From Squalus acanthias (lineage: Eukaryota): a stretch of DNA of 64,000 nucleotides. Made by a program: the position numbers and the translations under genes. This document shows, piece after piece, positions 47,039-58,494 of this stretch; the stretch's first letter is position 1, and each line of letters starts with the position of its first letter. Below the pieces are notes generated by a model that did not search any database, was not told the origin of the DNA, and saw nothing but the letters and a program-made list of their open reading frames with translations. The DNA is taken from the NCBI GenBank assembly GCA_030390025.1, contig CM059432.1, positions 146,880,001-146,944,000 of the forward strand. Reading direction: 5' to 3'.

Positions 47039-48800
47039 TAGAAACATAGAGAAACATAGAAAAATAGGAGCAGGAGTCGGCCATTCGGCCCTTCGAGCCT
47101 GCTCCGCCATTCAATATGATCATGGCTGATCCTCTATCTCAATACCATATTCCCGCTCTCTCCCCATACCCCTTGATGCCTTTTGTGTCTAGAAATCTAT
47201 CTATCTCCTTCTTAAATATATTCAGTGACTTGGCCTCCACAGCCTTCTGTGGTAGAGAATTCCACAGGTTCACCACCCTCTGAGTGAAGAAATTTCTCCT
47301 CATCTCAGTACTAAATGTCCTACCCCGTATCCTGAGACTGTGACCCCTCGTTCTAGACCCCCCAGCCAGGGGAAACATCCTCCCTGCATCCAGTCTGCCT
47401 AGCCCTGTCAGAATTTTATACGTTTCAATGAGATCCCCTCTCATTCTTCTAAACTCTAGTGAATACATGCCTAGTTGACCCAATCTCTCCTCATACAACA
47501 GTCCTGCCATCCCAGGAATCAGTCTGGTGAACCTTTGCTGCACTCCCTCTATGGCAAGTATATCCTTTCTTAGGTAAGGAGACCAAAACTGCACACAGTA
47601 CTCCAGGTGTGGTCTCACCAAGGCCCTGTATAACTGTAGTAAGACCTCCTTGATCCTGTGCTCAAATCCTCTTGCAATGATGGCCAATATACTATTTGCC
47701 TTCCTAACTGCTTGCTGCACTTGCATGTTTGCTTTCAGTGACTGGTGTACAAGGACACCCAGGTCCCTCTGTACATCAACAATTCCCAATCTATCACCAT
47801 TTAAATAATACTCTGCCTTTCTGTTTTTCCTACTGAAGTGGATAACTTCACATTTATCCAAGTTATACTGCATCTGCCATGTATTTGCCCACTCACTCAA
47901 CTTGTCTAAGTCGCCTTGAGGCCGCTTTGCATCCTCCTCACAACTCACAATCCCACCTAGTTTCGTGTCGTCAGCAAACTTGGAAATATTGGGCCAGAAA
48001 TTCGGCTGTTGTCGGGTGAGTACGCGCTGTGTACTCACCCGTAAGGCCACCTGAAGTGCTGGTTTCCTGCATGCCTGCGCATGCGCGGGAAACCGGAACT
48101 TCCGTTCCCCTGAAGGGAGCGGTTCAGAAGTCGAACGCGTGCGCGGGAGAGGCTGCGCACACGCAGCGAACTTCAGGTTTTTTTTTTCAGGTTTCTCCGG
48201 GAAGGTAAGTATGGAGAAGCTGCACTTTTAAAAAGGAGGCGCAAGGCCTGTTTTTAACAAGGTAAGTGGTTAATTAATTATAATTTAAAAAAATTTTCAA
48301 CAGGTTTATCTTTTTTAGATACTTTAAAGAAAGGTAAGTTTATTTTTAGCACCGTTAAAAAGTATAATTAATTTTTTCAAAATTTAAATTTTTTGTTTAA
48401 AGTAGTTAATTTATTTAACTTAAGGTTATTTTAAAAATGTGATGTTTTAAAAAAAAATTATTTTAAGTTTAGTGTGGTTTTGGGGCCGATCTGTATTCAT
48501 AGATTTGACAGGTCTTCCTGTCAAATCTATGAATGAAAATGCCCTGCTCCGATTGGCTCTCCATGGCCCACGTGATCCCAGGGGACGCTTCGAACTAACT
48601 GCGCCCCTGGGATACACAGCACTGCGCGCCGGCAGCTGGAGGAGGCCCAGGAGCTGAAGTCCTCGTGGGCCCAAAGCACAACAGCAGGCGCGGTAGGCAA
48701 GTACGTGCGCGATGCTTGCACCCGCAGGAAGCCGGAAAACCGAATTTCTGGTCCATTACATTTGGTTCCCTCATCCAAATCATTGATATATATTGTGAAT
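47039..48800 (-). mobile_element. CR1 RT and 3' end, interrupted by a MITE
   Basis: ORF 47139..47990 portion; ACATAGA tail repeats at 47040-47065. Confidence 0.92.
47991..48754. mobile_element. Harbinger-type MITE, family A (opposite orientation)
   Basis: TIRs GGGCCAGAAATTCGG...CCGAATTTCTGGTCC, TSD ATT; splits the CR1 KCN|ISK codons. Confidence 0.9.
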
Positions 48801-49399
48801 AATAGACAGCTCCTGTGCTTGCAGTGCACTGGGACATTAAAGACAGGTCAGTTTGAAGGGGAGATTGCTATCCAAGGCTTCAATCATCTTGCTGTCTTGC
48901 ATTCCATGGGAATGTACAGATGGACTATTATTACTGTCCAACCTTCTACATTTAATTTAAGAAGATGTTGCTACAATTTGTTACTGTTCTTCTTTCTGGA
49001 ATCACACTAGCAAATCTAGCATGTTGACTGTTCCTGTAGGTTGCAGTACTGTCTGTGCTGTGAGTTAAGTGGGATTGTCACCCTAACTGTGTTTGTGCTT
49101 ACTAATGGGATGTGTTAGGAACTGTTTGTTTATTATGAGCAGGGTGCTTGAAAATGGTGAAGAAATCAAAAGCGTTTTTTCCAGGGTTAAAAAAAAGGAG
49201 TCATTACTTGTAGAATACTTGAATATGAAATGGAGGCTGAGGGCACGAGAGGATGGACAAGGATGTTTATATTTGGCAGGTGATGTTTTTGTAGTGTACT
49301 GGGGAGATATCACGCGACAGTATTCACAATCATACGGTGATACTCTTAAAGAGGTTTCGAGTTGACAACCAATACTCCATTAGAACATGAATACACACG

Positions 49400-49740
49400 G
49401 GGTATGGTACTGTTGTAGTTTTGGTGCTGAACGAGAAACCCAGAGGTTGTGACTTCAATCACCACCAGGGTACGTTGTAAAACTAAATGCAACAAACCTG
49501 GTAATGTGTAGGCTGGCACCAGAAAAAATTAACCCTGAAAGCTGCATGATTGTTATAAAAACCCCATGGATGGAAACCTGCCACCCTTACCCAGTCTAGC
49601 CTACACGTGACTACACTGGTTGATTCTTAATACCCTCTAAAGTGGCCGAGCAAGCCACACATTGTACAAACAATCGCTATGTTTAAGGTACTAAGGGATG
49701 GCAATAAATCTGGCCTTGTTGCCGATATCTGGAGAACAAA
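49400..49740 (+). mobile_element. Diverged SINE-like element, same family as 15780-16685
   Basis: GGAAACCTGCCACCCTTACCC..GGTTGATTCTTAA..CCCTCTAAAGTGGCC..GCAAGCCAC..GGCAATAAAT. Confidence 0.6.
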
Positions 49741-50014
49741 AGGAAGCCAGAAATTAACCTGGTGCACAGAAAATCAAAGTATTCCGCCTTTTGATAAGTG
49801 TTTTTTTGTTGGTCCATTTCCCTTTTACCAAAAGTATAATTTTGATGAGCTATAGGTGGTACTGTTACAAAGCTCCGTAGTCAATGTTTTTGCTTTCGAT
49901 GCATATTTAATCTCTAACTATCTCCCCTAGGGCTGTCTCCCAGACCTTGGTCCATTAATCAGTTGCCAGGGGACAGCTAACAGCACAGATGGGTCTCCTT
50001 TTTAATTTCCATGT

Positions 50015-50635
50015 CCCATGGCAGAAATATTAAATAATTACTTTGCTTCAGTATTTACCAGGGAGACAGATCAGGTGGACATGACATCGGAAGATGAGAT
50101 TAGAAATGATCTAACCACATTTAAAATTAAAAGAGGAAATATATTAAATACACTAATCAAACTCACAGGATAAAAGCCCTGGTCTGGTTAGATTACATCC
50201 ATGCATTTTAAAAGAATCTAGGGAAGAGATAGCAGAGGCATTACTACGCATATTTAAAAATCCGTTAGAAAAAGGTGTAGTGCCAGAGGACTGGCGGATA
50301 GCTAACGTAATACCTATATTTAAGAAGGGAGAAAGAACATTTTCAGGGAACTATAGACCAGTCAGCTTAACATCGGTAGTAGGAAAAATACTGGAATCCC
50401 TGAAGGAAAAAAATAGAAGAACATCTAGAAACCAAAAATATAATAATGAATAGTCAGCATGGATTTCAAAAGGGAAAGTCTTGCTTGACCAACCTCATTG
50501 AATTCTTTCGAGAGGTAACAGAGAGAGTAGACAATGGTAATGCAGTAGATGTAATTTATCTAGATTTTCAAAAGGCCTTCAATAAGGTACCCCATAATAG
50601 ACTAACGAATAAGGTCAGAGAATGCAGAGTCAGAG
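50015..50635 (+). mobile_element. CR1 RT N-terminal fragment
   Basis: SQHGFQKGKSCLTNL, YLDFQKAF. Confidence 0.85.
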
Positions 50636-50867
50636 GACGTGAATACATTTCATTCTCTCTGGTGGAGCGAACACACGGCTTCACCAGGATAACAGGCTTC
50701 CCCCTGGTGCAGGTGCCATTGACTGCACACGCATTGCTTTGTGGGTGCCGCATATGAATTCGGAGATGTACCGCAACCGGAAGGGATTCCACTCGCTCAA
50801 TGTCCAGCGGGTATGTGCCCATACTCAGAGCATCATGCAGGTCAATGCTTGGTATCCTGGCAGCGGT

Positions 50868-52200
50868 CATAGAATCATAGAATTGTTACAGCACAGTAAG
50901 AGGCCATTCAGCCCGTCGAGCCTGCAAGAGCACTTCAGCTAGTCCCACTCCCCCGCCCTTTCCCCGTAGCCCTGCAAATTTTTTCCTTCAGGTACTTATC
51001 CAACACCCTTTTGAAAGCCATGATTGAATCTGCCTCCACCACCCTTTCAGGCAGTGCATTCCAGATCATAACCACTCGCTGAGTAAAAAAGATTTTCCTC
51101 ATGTTGCCTTTGGATCTTCTGCCAATCACCTTAAATCTGTGTCCTCTGGTTCTCGAAACTTCTGCCAATGGGAACAGTTTCTCTCTATCTACTCTGTATA
51201 GACCCATCATGATTTTGAACGCCTCTATCAAATCTCCTCTCAATCTTCTCTGCTCCAAAGAGAACAACCCCAGCTTCTCCAGTCTATTCACATAACTGAA
51301 GTCCCTCATCCCTGGAACCATTCTTGTAAATCTTTTCTGTACCCTCTCTTAAAGCCTTCACATCCTTCCTGAAGTGCGGTGCCCAGAATTGGACACAATA
51401 CTCCAGTTGTGGCCGAATCAGTGTTTTATAAAGGTTCATCATAACCTCCTTGCTTTTGTACTCTATGCCTCTATTTATGAAGCCCAGGATCCCGTATGCT
51501 TTTTTAACTGCTTTCTCAACCTGACCTGCCACCTTCAAAGATTTGTGCACATATACCCCCAGGTCTCTCTGCACCTGCACCCCCTTTAGAATTGCACCCT
51601 TCAGTTTATATTGCCTCTCCTCATTCTTCCTACCAAAATGAATCACTTCAGTGTCAGCTGTGGCTCAGTGGGCAGCACACTCACCTCTGAGTCAGAAGGT
51701 TGTGGGTTCAAGTCCCACTCCAGGAACTTGAATGCAAAAATCTCGGTTGACACTCCAGTGGAGCGCTGCACTGTCGGAGGTGCCGTCTTTTGGATGAAAC
51801 ATTAAACCGAGGCCCCATCTGCTCTCTCAGGTGGACATAAAAGATCCCATGGCACTATTTTGAAGAAGAGTAGGGGAGTTATCCCCGGTGTCCTGACCAA
51901 TATTTATCCCTCAATCAACATAACAAAAACAGATTATCTGGTCATTATCACATTGCTGTGTGTGGGAGCTTGCTGTGTGCAAATTGGCTGCTGCGTTTCC
52001 TACGTTACAACAGTGACTGCACTTCAAATAATACTTAATTGGCTGTAAAGTGCCTTGAGACGTCCGGTGGTCGTGAAAGGCGCTATAGAAATGCAAGTCT
52101 TTTTCTTTTCGCCCCTTTCTGCGTTAAACTTCATCTGCCACGCGTCTGCTCATTTCACCAGCCTGTCTATGTCCTCTTGAAGTCTATCCCTATCCTCCTC
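50868..52200 (-). mobile_element. CR1 3' portion interrupted by a SINE
   Basis: ORFs 51284..51646 and 50935..51321. Confidence 0.9.
51652..52108 (+). mobile_element. Deu-domain tRNA SINE, full length
   Basis: A box TGGCTCAGTGG, B box GGTTCAAGTCC, Deu core, GGCGCTATA tail. Confidence 0.9.
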
Positions 52201-53793
52201 CAACCAACCAACACAGCCCCTTTCTGGCCGGTCTGTCCGTGATCGACTCATTTGACTGTGGTACCAGTGAACGCAACCCCAATTCCCCATTCACCAACCG
52301 ACCCACACTGTACCTGCCTCTGTTACTGCATATCACAGCATGCTCTTGGCCACAATGCTACAATAAAAGCCACCACAAAATAATCAATCCAAACCAAATT
52401 TATAAACCAAACCATCCAATATTACATTCCAAAGTCAACCAATCACCCTTGTGCATTTCCTTAGAGTCTGTCTTCCATGTGCCTTTGCCTGTCCTAGTGC
52501 TCCTACGCAGTGCTACCCCAGTGCCTGCAGCATGGCTGGTGAAAGGCTGCTGACTTTCAGTGGGGGAGACTGCAGATGGCCTTGCAGGACGACCTCGAGC
52601 AGCTCTGGGCCTAGAAGGCCCGACTTTGGACTGCACCACCTTGGCATGGGTGGCAGCAGTCTGGGCTGGCTGGCTGTCAGGCAGCAGCAAGGGCACTGGC
52701 AGAGTGGCAGGGGTGGGAGGACGAATGTTGTCATCCTGAGAGAGGACAGCAGGTTCTTGCTCCATGGAGCCACTGCCACTCCCCCGGGGCGGCGCCTCAG
52801 CAATCCTAGTAATCTGTTGGAGGACAGATTGCTGGACTGCCGTGACACTCTGCAAGCCCTTTTCAACACTGGTAAACGCAGCCATGATGGCAGCAGTCTG
52901 AGCTTGCGTGGCAACAGGCTGACCTTGCATGACTTCAGTCTGAGCTTCCACTGCAGCACCCAGACGTTGGGTGGCTTCTGCTTGTGATACAATGGAAGCT
53001 GAGACATCAGCCATCAGACGCTGTATCATGGTTGAGGCCTCAAGTGCGCTAATCAATTTGCCCACCACTTTCACGCTGGAAATCATGGGCTCCAAACTCT
53101 GCGCAAAGCCTTGTGCAAGGTTGGAGCTGGACTCCTACATGCTCCTTGACATCGCACTCAGACTTTCTGGCAGGCCTGCCAATGCACCAAGCATTTCATT
53201 GTGCATACCCATCAGCGTTCTTCTGTAGGCCGCCCCATCAATGTCCTCATCTGAGTCCCATGCAGCAGAACTCGTGTCCGACCTCGCCCTCCGGTGAGCT
53301 GACACATGCTCTACCCTTTCTCCCTGCCCTGGCTGCAGGCCACTCACGCCCGGTGACTCACCACGTGCAGATTCCTCCTCTGTGTCCCCCTCTAAATGAT
53401 GCGCAGTGTCAGTATCTGAGCTGGTGGCTGCCACTGTGAAATCGAGTGACGGTGCTGTGTCTTCTTCATCACTGCCTTCTTCCTCTTGCAGTTCCTGCTC
53501 CTCCACCACTGCCTGGCCATGTTAGAGCTCTTGGCTATCTGAAAGGAGAAAGGCACAAGGGTCGGGTTGTGGTGAGGGAATGGGGGGAAAGCAAGAGGTG
53601 CATGCTTACACCACCTGCAGCTTGTAAATCAGAAGAGATTGTGGAATGAGGGGGAAGTGGGATGTGAGAAGGAAGATTAGGGATGAGGATCCCATCATCT
53701 TGCAGTGTTTTGGCCGCGCCGCTCACCACCGGCTCAGCGATGGCCGCTCCAATAATCTCCTGCACCGTCTCCTCCATTAGGGTAAGATTATGC

Positions 53794-54265
53794 TGTGTCA
53801 GCCGTGGCTCAGTGGGTAGCACTCTCACCTCGGAGTCTGAAGGTTGTGGGTTCAAGTCCCACTCCTGAACCATGAGCACAGAAATCTAGGCTAACACTCC
53901 CACTGCAGTGCTGAGGGAGTGCTGCACTGTCGGTGGGCCCATCTTTGATGAGACGTTAAACCGAGGCCCCGTCTGCTCTCTCAGGTGGACGTAAAAGATC
54001 CCATGGCACTGTTACGTAGAGGAGCAGGGGAGTTATCCCCGGTGTCCTGGCCAATATTTATCCCTCAATCAACATCACTAAAACAGATTATCTAGTAGTT
54101 ATCACATTGCTGTTTGTGGGAGCTTGCTGTGCGCAAATTGGCTGCCGCATTTCCCACAGTACAACAGTGATTCCACTTCAAAAAAAAATTAATTCATTGG
54201 ATGTAAAGCGCTTTGGGATGTCTGGTGGTTGTGTAAGGCGCTATATATAAACGCAAGTCATTCTT
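53794..54265 (+). mobile_element. Deu-domain tRNA SINE, full length
   Basis: A/B boxes, Deu core; TSD TTATGC (53788-53793 / 54266-54271). Confidence 0.92.
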
Positions 54266-54347
54266 TTATGCAGACGTGCCTGTCTCCCTGAGGGTAGCCC
54301 CTGCTGCCTTCAGTTATGAGCCACCTTGAGCTGCAAGAGAGAGGAAA

Positions 54348-55450
54348 GTGTATCAGTGAGTGTGCTGCAATGTGTTTGGGTGATGTGTGTGTCAGTGAGT
54401 GTGGTGCAATGTGTTTGGGTGATGTGTGTGTCAGTGAGTGTGGTGCAATGTGTTTGGGTGAAATGTGTCAGTGAGTGTGGTGCAATGTGTTTGGGTGAAG
54501 TGTGTCAGTGAGTGTGGTGCAATGTGTTTGGGTGAAGTGTGTCAGTGACTGTGGTGCAATGTGTTTGGGTGAAGTGTGTCAGTGAGTGTGGTGCAATGTG
54601 TTTGGGTGAAGTGTGTCAGTGAGTGTGGTGCAATGTGTTTGCGTGATGTGTGTGTCAGTGAGTGTGGTGCAATGTGTTTGGGTGAAATGTGTCAGTGAGT
54701 GTGGTGCAGTGTATTTGGGTGAAGTGTGTCAGTGAGTGTGGTGCAGTGTATTTGGGTGATGTGTGTCAGTGAGTGTGGTGCAATGTGATTGGGTGAAGTG
54801 TGTCAGTGAGTGTGGTGCAATGTGTTTGGGTGATGTGTGTCAGTGAGTGTGGGGCAATGTGTTTGGGTGATGTGTGTGTCAGTGAGTGTGGTGCAATGTG
54901 TTTGGGTGATGAGTGTGTCAATGAGTGTGGTGCAATGTGTTTGGGTGATGTGTGTGTCAGTGAGTGTGGTGCCATGTGTTTGGGTGATGTGTGTGTCAGT
55001 GAGTGTGGAGCAATGTGTTTGGGTGATGTGTGTCAGTGAGTGTGGTGCAATGTGTTTGGGTGAAGTGTGTCAGTGAGTGTGGTGCAATGTGTTTGGGTGA
55101 TGCGTGTGTCAGTGAGTGTGGTGCAATGTGTTTGGGTGATGTGTGTGTCAGTGAGTGTGGTGCAATGTGTTTGGGTGATGTGTGTGTCAATGAGTGTGGT
55201 GCAATGTGTTTGGGTGATGTGTGTGTCAGTGAGTGTGGAGCAATGTGTTTGGGTGATGTGTGTCAGTGAGTGTGGTGCAATGTGTTTGGGTGAAGTGTGT
55301 CAGTGAGTGTGGTGCAATGTGTTTGGGTGATGAGTGTGTCAATGAGTGTGGTGCAATGTGTTTGGGTGATGTGTGTGTCAGTGAGTGTGGAGCAATGTGT
55401 TTGGGTGATGTGTGTCAGTGAGTGTGGTGCAATGTGTTTGGGTGATGTGC
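54348..55450. repeat. 33-35 bp minisatellite, roughly 30 copies
   Basis: Unit GTGTCAGTGAGTGTGGTGCAATGTGTTTGGGTGA(A/T)(GT)n. Confidence 0.97.
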
Positions 55451-56799
55451 CTGTCATGGTTGAATAGCTGGCAGTGTGTGCAAAGTTTGTGATGTGGGTG
55501 TGAGGCTTGCAGCAGTGCTAAGTGTGTGAGGGTGAGATGAATCTATGAATGAGTTGTGATTGATAGAGATTGTTGGTAGGCGAGTGAATGAGGTGTAGTG
55601 AATTGAGCAATGTCTGAGGCTAGTGGTTCAGTTGTAAGGATATGGCATTTGAAGATGAATTCACTGACCTTGACCACTCGTGTGAGGTCATTTAACTTGT
55701 TGCGGCACTGCATCCAGGTACTCGGGGTTACACTGCTGGCATTGACCACGACGGCTATCCCCTCCCATTGCTTTTTTCGCCTTTGCCTGGAGGTCCTCCT
55801 GGCCCCCTGTGGGGAAAAAAGCCCTATCTCCTAATGATCACCTCTTGCAACAAGGACTCCAGTGCTGCATCCGAGAACCTTGGAGCATGCTCTCTCTCCT
55901 GTTATACTTCTTCCTGCTCACACTCTGTTCCCCAGCCAATTGAATCACCTGCTGCAGCCAGAATACACCTCCCCGTTTAAGAGGCGCAGGCTGCCTTTAA
56001 GAACTGCAGACCAGCTTTAAGTGGTACTAGCCTTGCACAAACTTGGGCCCCCTGCTGAGCATGCAGCCAGTCAGCAGCGCGTTCAGTGCTGGGCCACACG
56101 CCACAATCATTCTGATTAGCAGGCAGCATGAAGTTTGTCTTCGGTTGATGCCGCATCATGATCCGGCACCTGTTTTCGCCGGCAAACACATTTTTAGCCC
56201 TGAATATTTGGCACCTAACAATTCATGACCAGTATTTTTAAACATGTCAAAGTGTTTTTTCAGAAGCCTTTAGGCTTCACAGGCAACTTTGCCAATACAA
56301 TTAACTTGTTCGAAAACAGTCTGCAAGAGGTGGTTTGGTTGAATGCATTAAGGATAGAAGCCAAGTTAAAACATTCAGTTTGCTATGAGGATACTGAGAT
56401 TTGGTTGTGCTTTCTTTTAGTTTAAAGGTAGACTTGTATTGTGCTAACTAACCTATCATGTTTGTCAGATATATTAGAATGTTCTTCTTTGAGACATTTT
56501 CTGCTGATTGGGCGCATTGGCCAAGCCAGCTCAACACCTCAGCAGGAGACTGATAATACCACATCATGGGTGATAGTTAAAAAAAACTGCTAAGCTTTCA
56601 ATTCCTTTAAAGTTCAGCCAGTTTAATTAATCTGGCAGCAGCTCACTATATCTCAAATCTGGTCGGATGTCATCTGCTGTGAAAGAAGCATATGCTCAGC
56701 TTTGCAAATGAACCAATCCAATACCCTTTACTGAAAGTGAGCTCGAGGCGATGCTGTGATGCGTCAGCGCACAAGACAGACCACACTTGCTGAGGAGAG

Positions 56800-57390
56800 T
56801 ACTTGACATTCTCTGTAGTTTGATGAGGTCTTGCATACAAGACCCCATCAAACTTCTTTCTTTTACAGAAATGAGATGTTTGTTGCATCTGAGAATGGCA
56901 CGGCCATCTCTCATCTGCAACACGGAGGTGCGAGACTCTCCGCATAGACACCGACTGAAGGCTGCAGGAAGAAACAAAGGTAAGTAGACTTTTAAAAAAC
57001 ACTTTGCACTTGCCTCAGATACGCACCTCTCCACTCTTGCACCCATCACTTACCTTCACACCACACTTTTGCACCCCCTCGACCCCCGACCCCCGCAGAC
57101 CCAGTACTTGCCTCGCTGACCCTGGCGTGTTTTGGAGCCTTCGGAAGCCTGCACCTGTGAGGGCAAAAAGGGGGATAATCCTATTTTCTGCCTGTTAACT
57201 ACCTGTTAGCAGGAAGTTAATAGGCTTTAATTCCTTCCCACCTCCAAGGAGACGGGACCCGGCGCGGGACGGCTACCCGCCTCCTGGGAAGATGACACCG
57301 AGACGGGTTGGGCACCTGCCCCCAAATTCTGCCATTTTCCCAGCAGTCCCGCCTCCATACCCGCCTCCCCAGGGCTGGCAAGATCGCCCC
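56800..57390. mobile_element. Partial copy of MITE family C
   Basis: Colinear with 59365-59947; ends GGCAAGATCGCCCCC. Confidence 0.8.
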
Positions 57391-57494
57391 CTTTGTTTCT
57401 TATCAGTCAACCAAATTTCTATCCATGCTGCTATAGTTCCTCTCAACCTATCAAACAACTTGCGAAAATCCATATACACACTGTGCTGCATTAC

Positions 57495-58372
57495 TTTTAT
57501 CTGTACAATATATACATTGTAAATAGTGTAGATGGAAGCATAAAATTACAAAGTGATAATAGATTAAGCGAATGGGCACATGGATTTCCGTTTAGACAAA
57601 TGTGGGGTCATCAACTTTGGCCTTAAAAAGCATAGACCAGGGTACTTTCTAAATGGTGAAAAGCTAGAAACAGTGGAGGTCCAAAGAGACTTGGTCCAGG
57701 TACATAGATCATTAAAATGTCATGGACAGGTGCAGAAAATAATCAGAAAGGTTAATGGAATGCTGGCCTTTATATCGAGAGGACTAGAGTACAAGTGGGT
57801 AGAAGTTATGCTACAGCTATACAAAGCCCTGGTTAGACCACACCTGGAGCACTGTGAGCAGTTTTTGGAAGGATATATTGGCCTTGGAGGGAGTGCAGCG
57901 TAGATTTACCAGAATGATACCCGGACTCCAAGGGTTAAATCACGAGGAGAGATTACACAAACTAGGTTTGTATCCCTTGGAATTTAGAAGGTTAAGGGGG
58001 ATCTGATCGAAGTTTTCAAGATATTATGGAGAACAGATAGGGTAGAGAGAGAGAAACTATTTCCGCTGGTTGGGGAGTCTAGGACGAGGGGGCATAGTCT
58101 AAAAATTAGTGCCAGGCCTTGCCGGAGTGAAATTAGGAAAAACTTTTACACGTAAAGGGTGGTAGAAGTTTGGAACACTCTTCCACAAACGGCAATTGAT
58201 GCTGGATCAATTGTTAATTTTAAATCTGAGATTGATAGATTCTTGTTAACTAAAGGTATTAAGGAATATGGGCCAAAGGCGGGTATATGGAGTTAGGTCA
58301 CAGATCAGCCATGATCTCATTGAATGGCGGAACAGGCTCGAGGGGCTAAATGGCCTGTTCCTATATTCCTAC
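57495..58372 (+). mobile_element. CR1 3' portion
   Basis: NGMLAFISRGLEYK..LYKALVRPHLE; 3' UTR. Confidence 0.88.
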
Positions 58373-58494
58373 AATCAGTTATTTCCTAAAAAAAAAATCA
58401 CTAAATTTGCCTTTAACAATTCCATTCTGATTGCCTTGAATATCCCATGTATTTCTAAATGGTCACTAATTTTATCTCGAATTAGGAATTCTAA

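Larger units (their letters stand above)
52400..55900 (-). pseudogene. Intron-containing Harbinger Myb/SANT-like gene
   Basis: Exon 1 APRFSDAALE..W..I...VNA....TWMQCRNKLNDL ending AAG|GTCAGT near 55668; acceptors CTCTCTTGCAG (about 54331) and TCTCCTTTCAG (about 53538); long last exon. Confidence 0.7.
50636..56200. mobile_element. Decayed Harbinger (left end missing) with nested CR1, SINEs and a minisatellite
   Basis: Transposase piece 50636-50870 (GFPLVQ, YRNRKGFHSLNVQ, WYPGS); Myb gene 52400-55900 (-); right end TTTTTAGCCC. Confidence 0.75.

Noticed and set aside
47991..48050. Novel N-terminus on the 303-aa CR1 ORF
   Set aside because: Read-through from the inserted MITE end
51652..51725. 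tRNA genes (also about 53795 and 43830)
   Set aside because: A/B boxes are SINE heads continuing into the Deu domain
54348..55450. CRISPR-like array and Cys/Val-rich ORFs
   Set aside because: Head-to-tail units with no unique spacers, no cas genes, eukaryotic context; the ORFs are repeat artefacts
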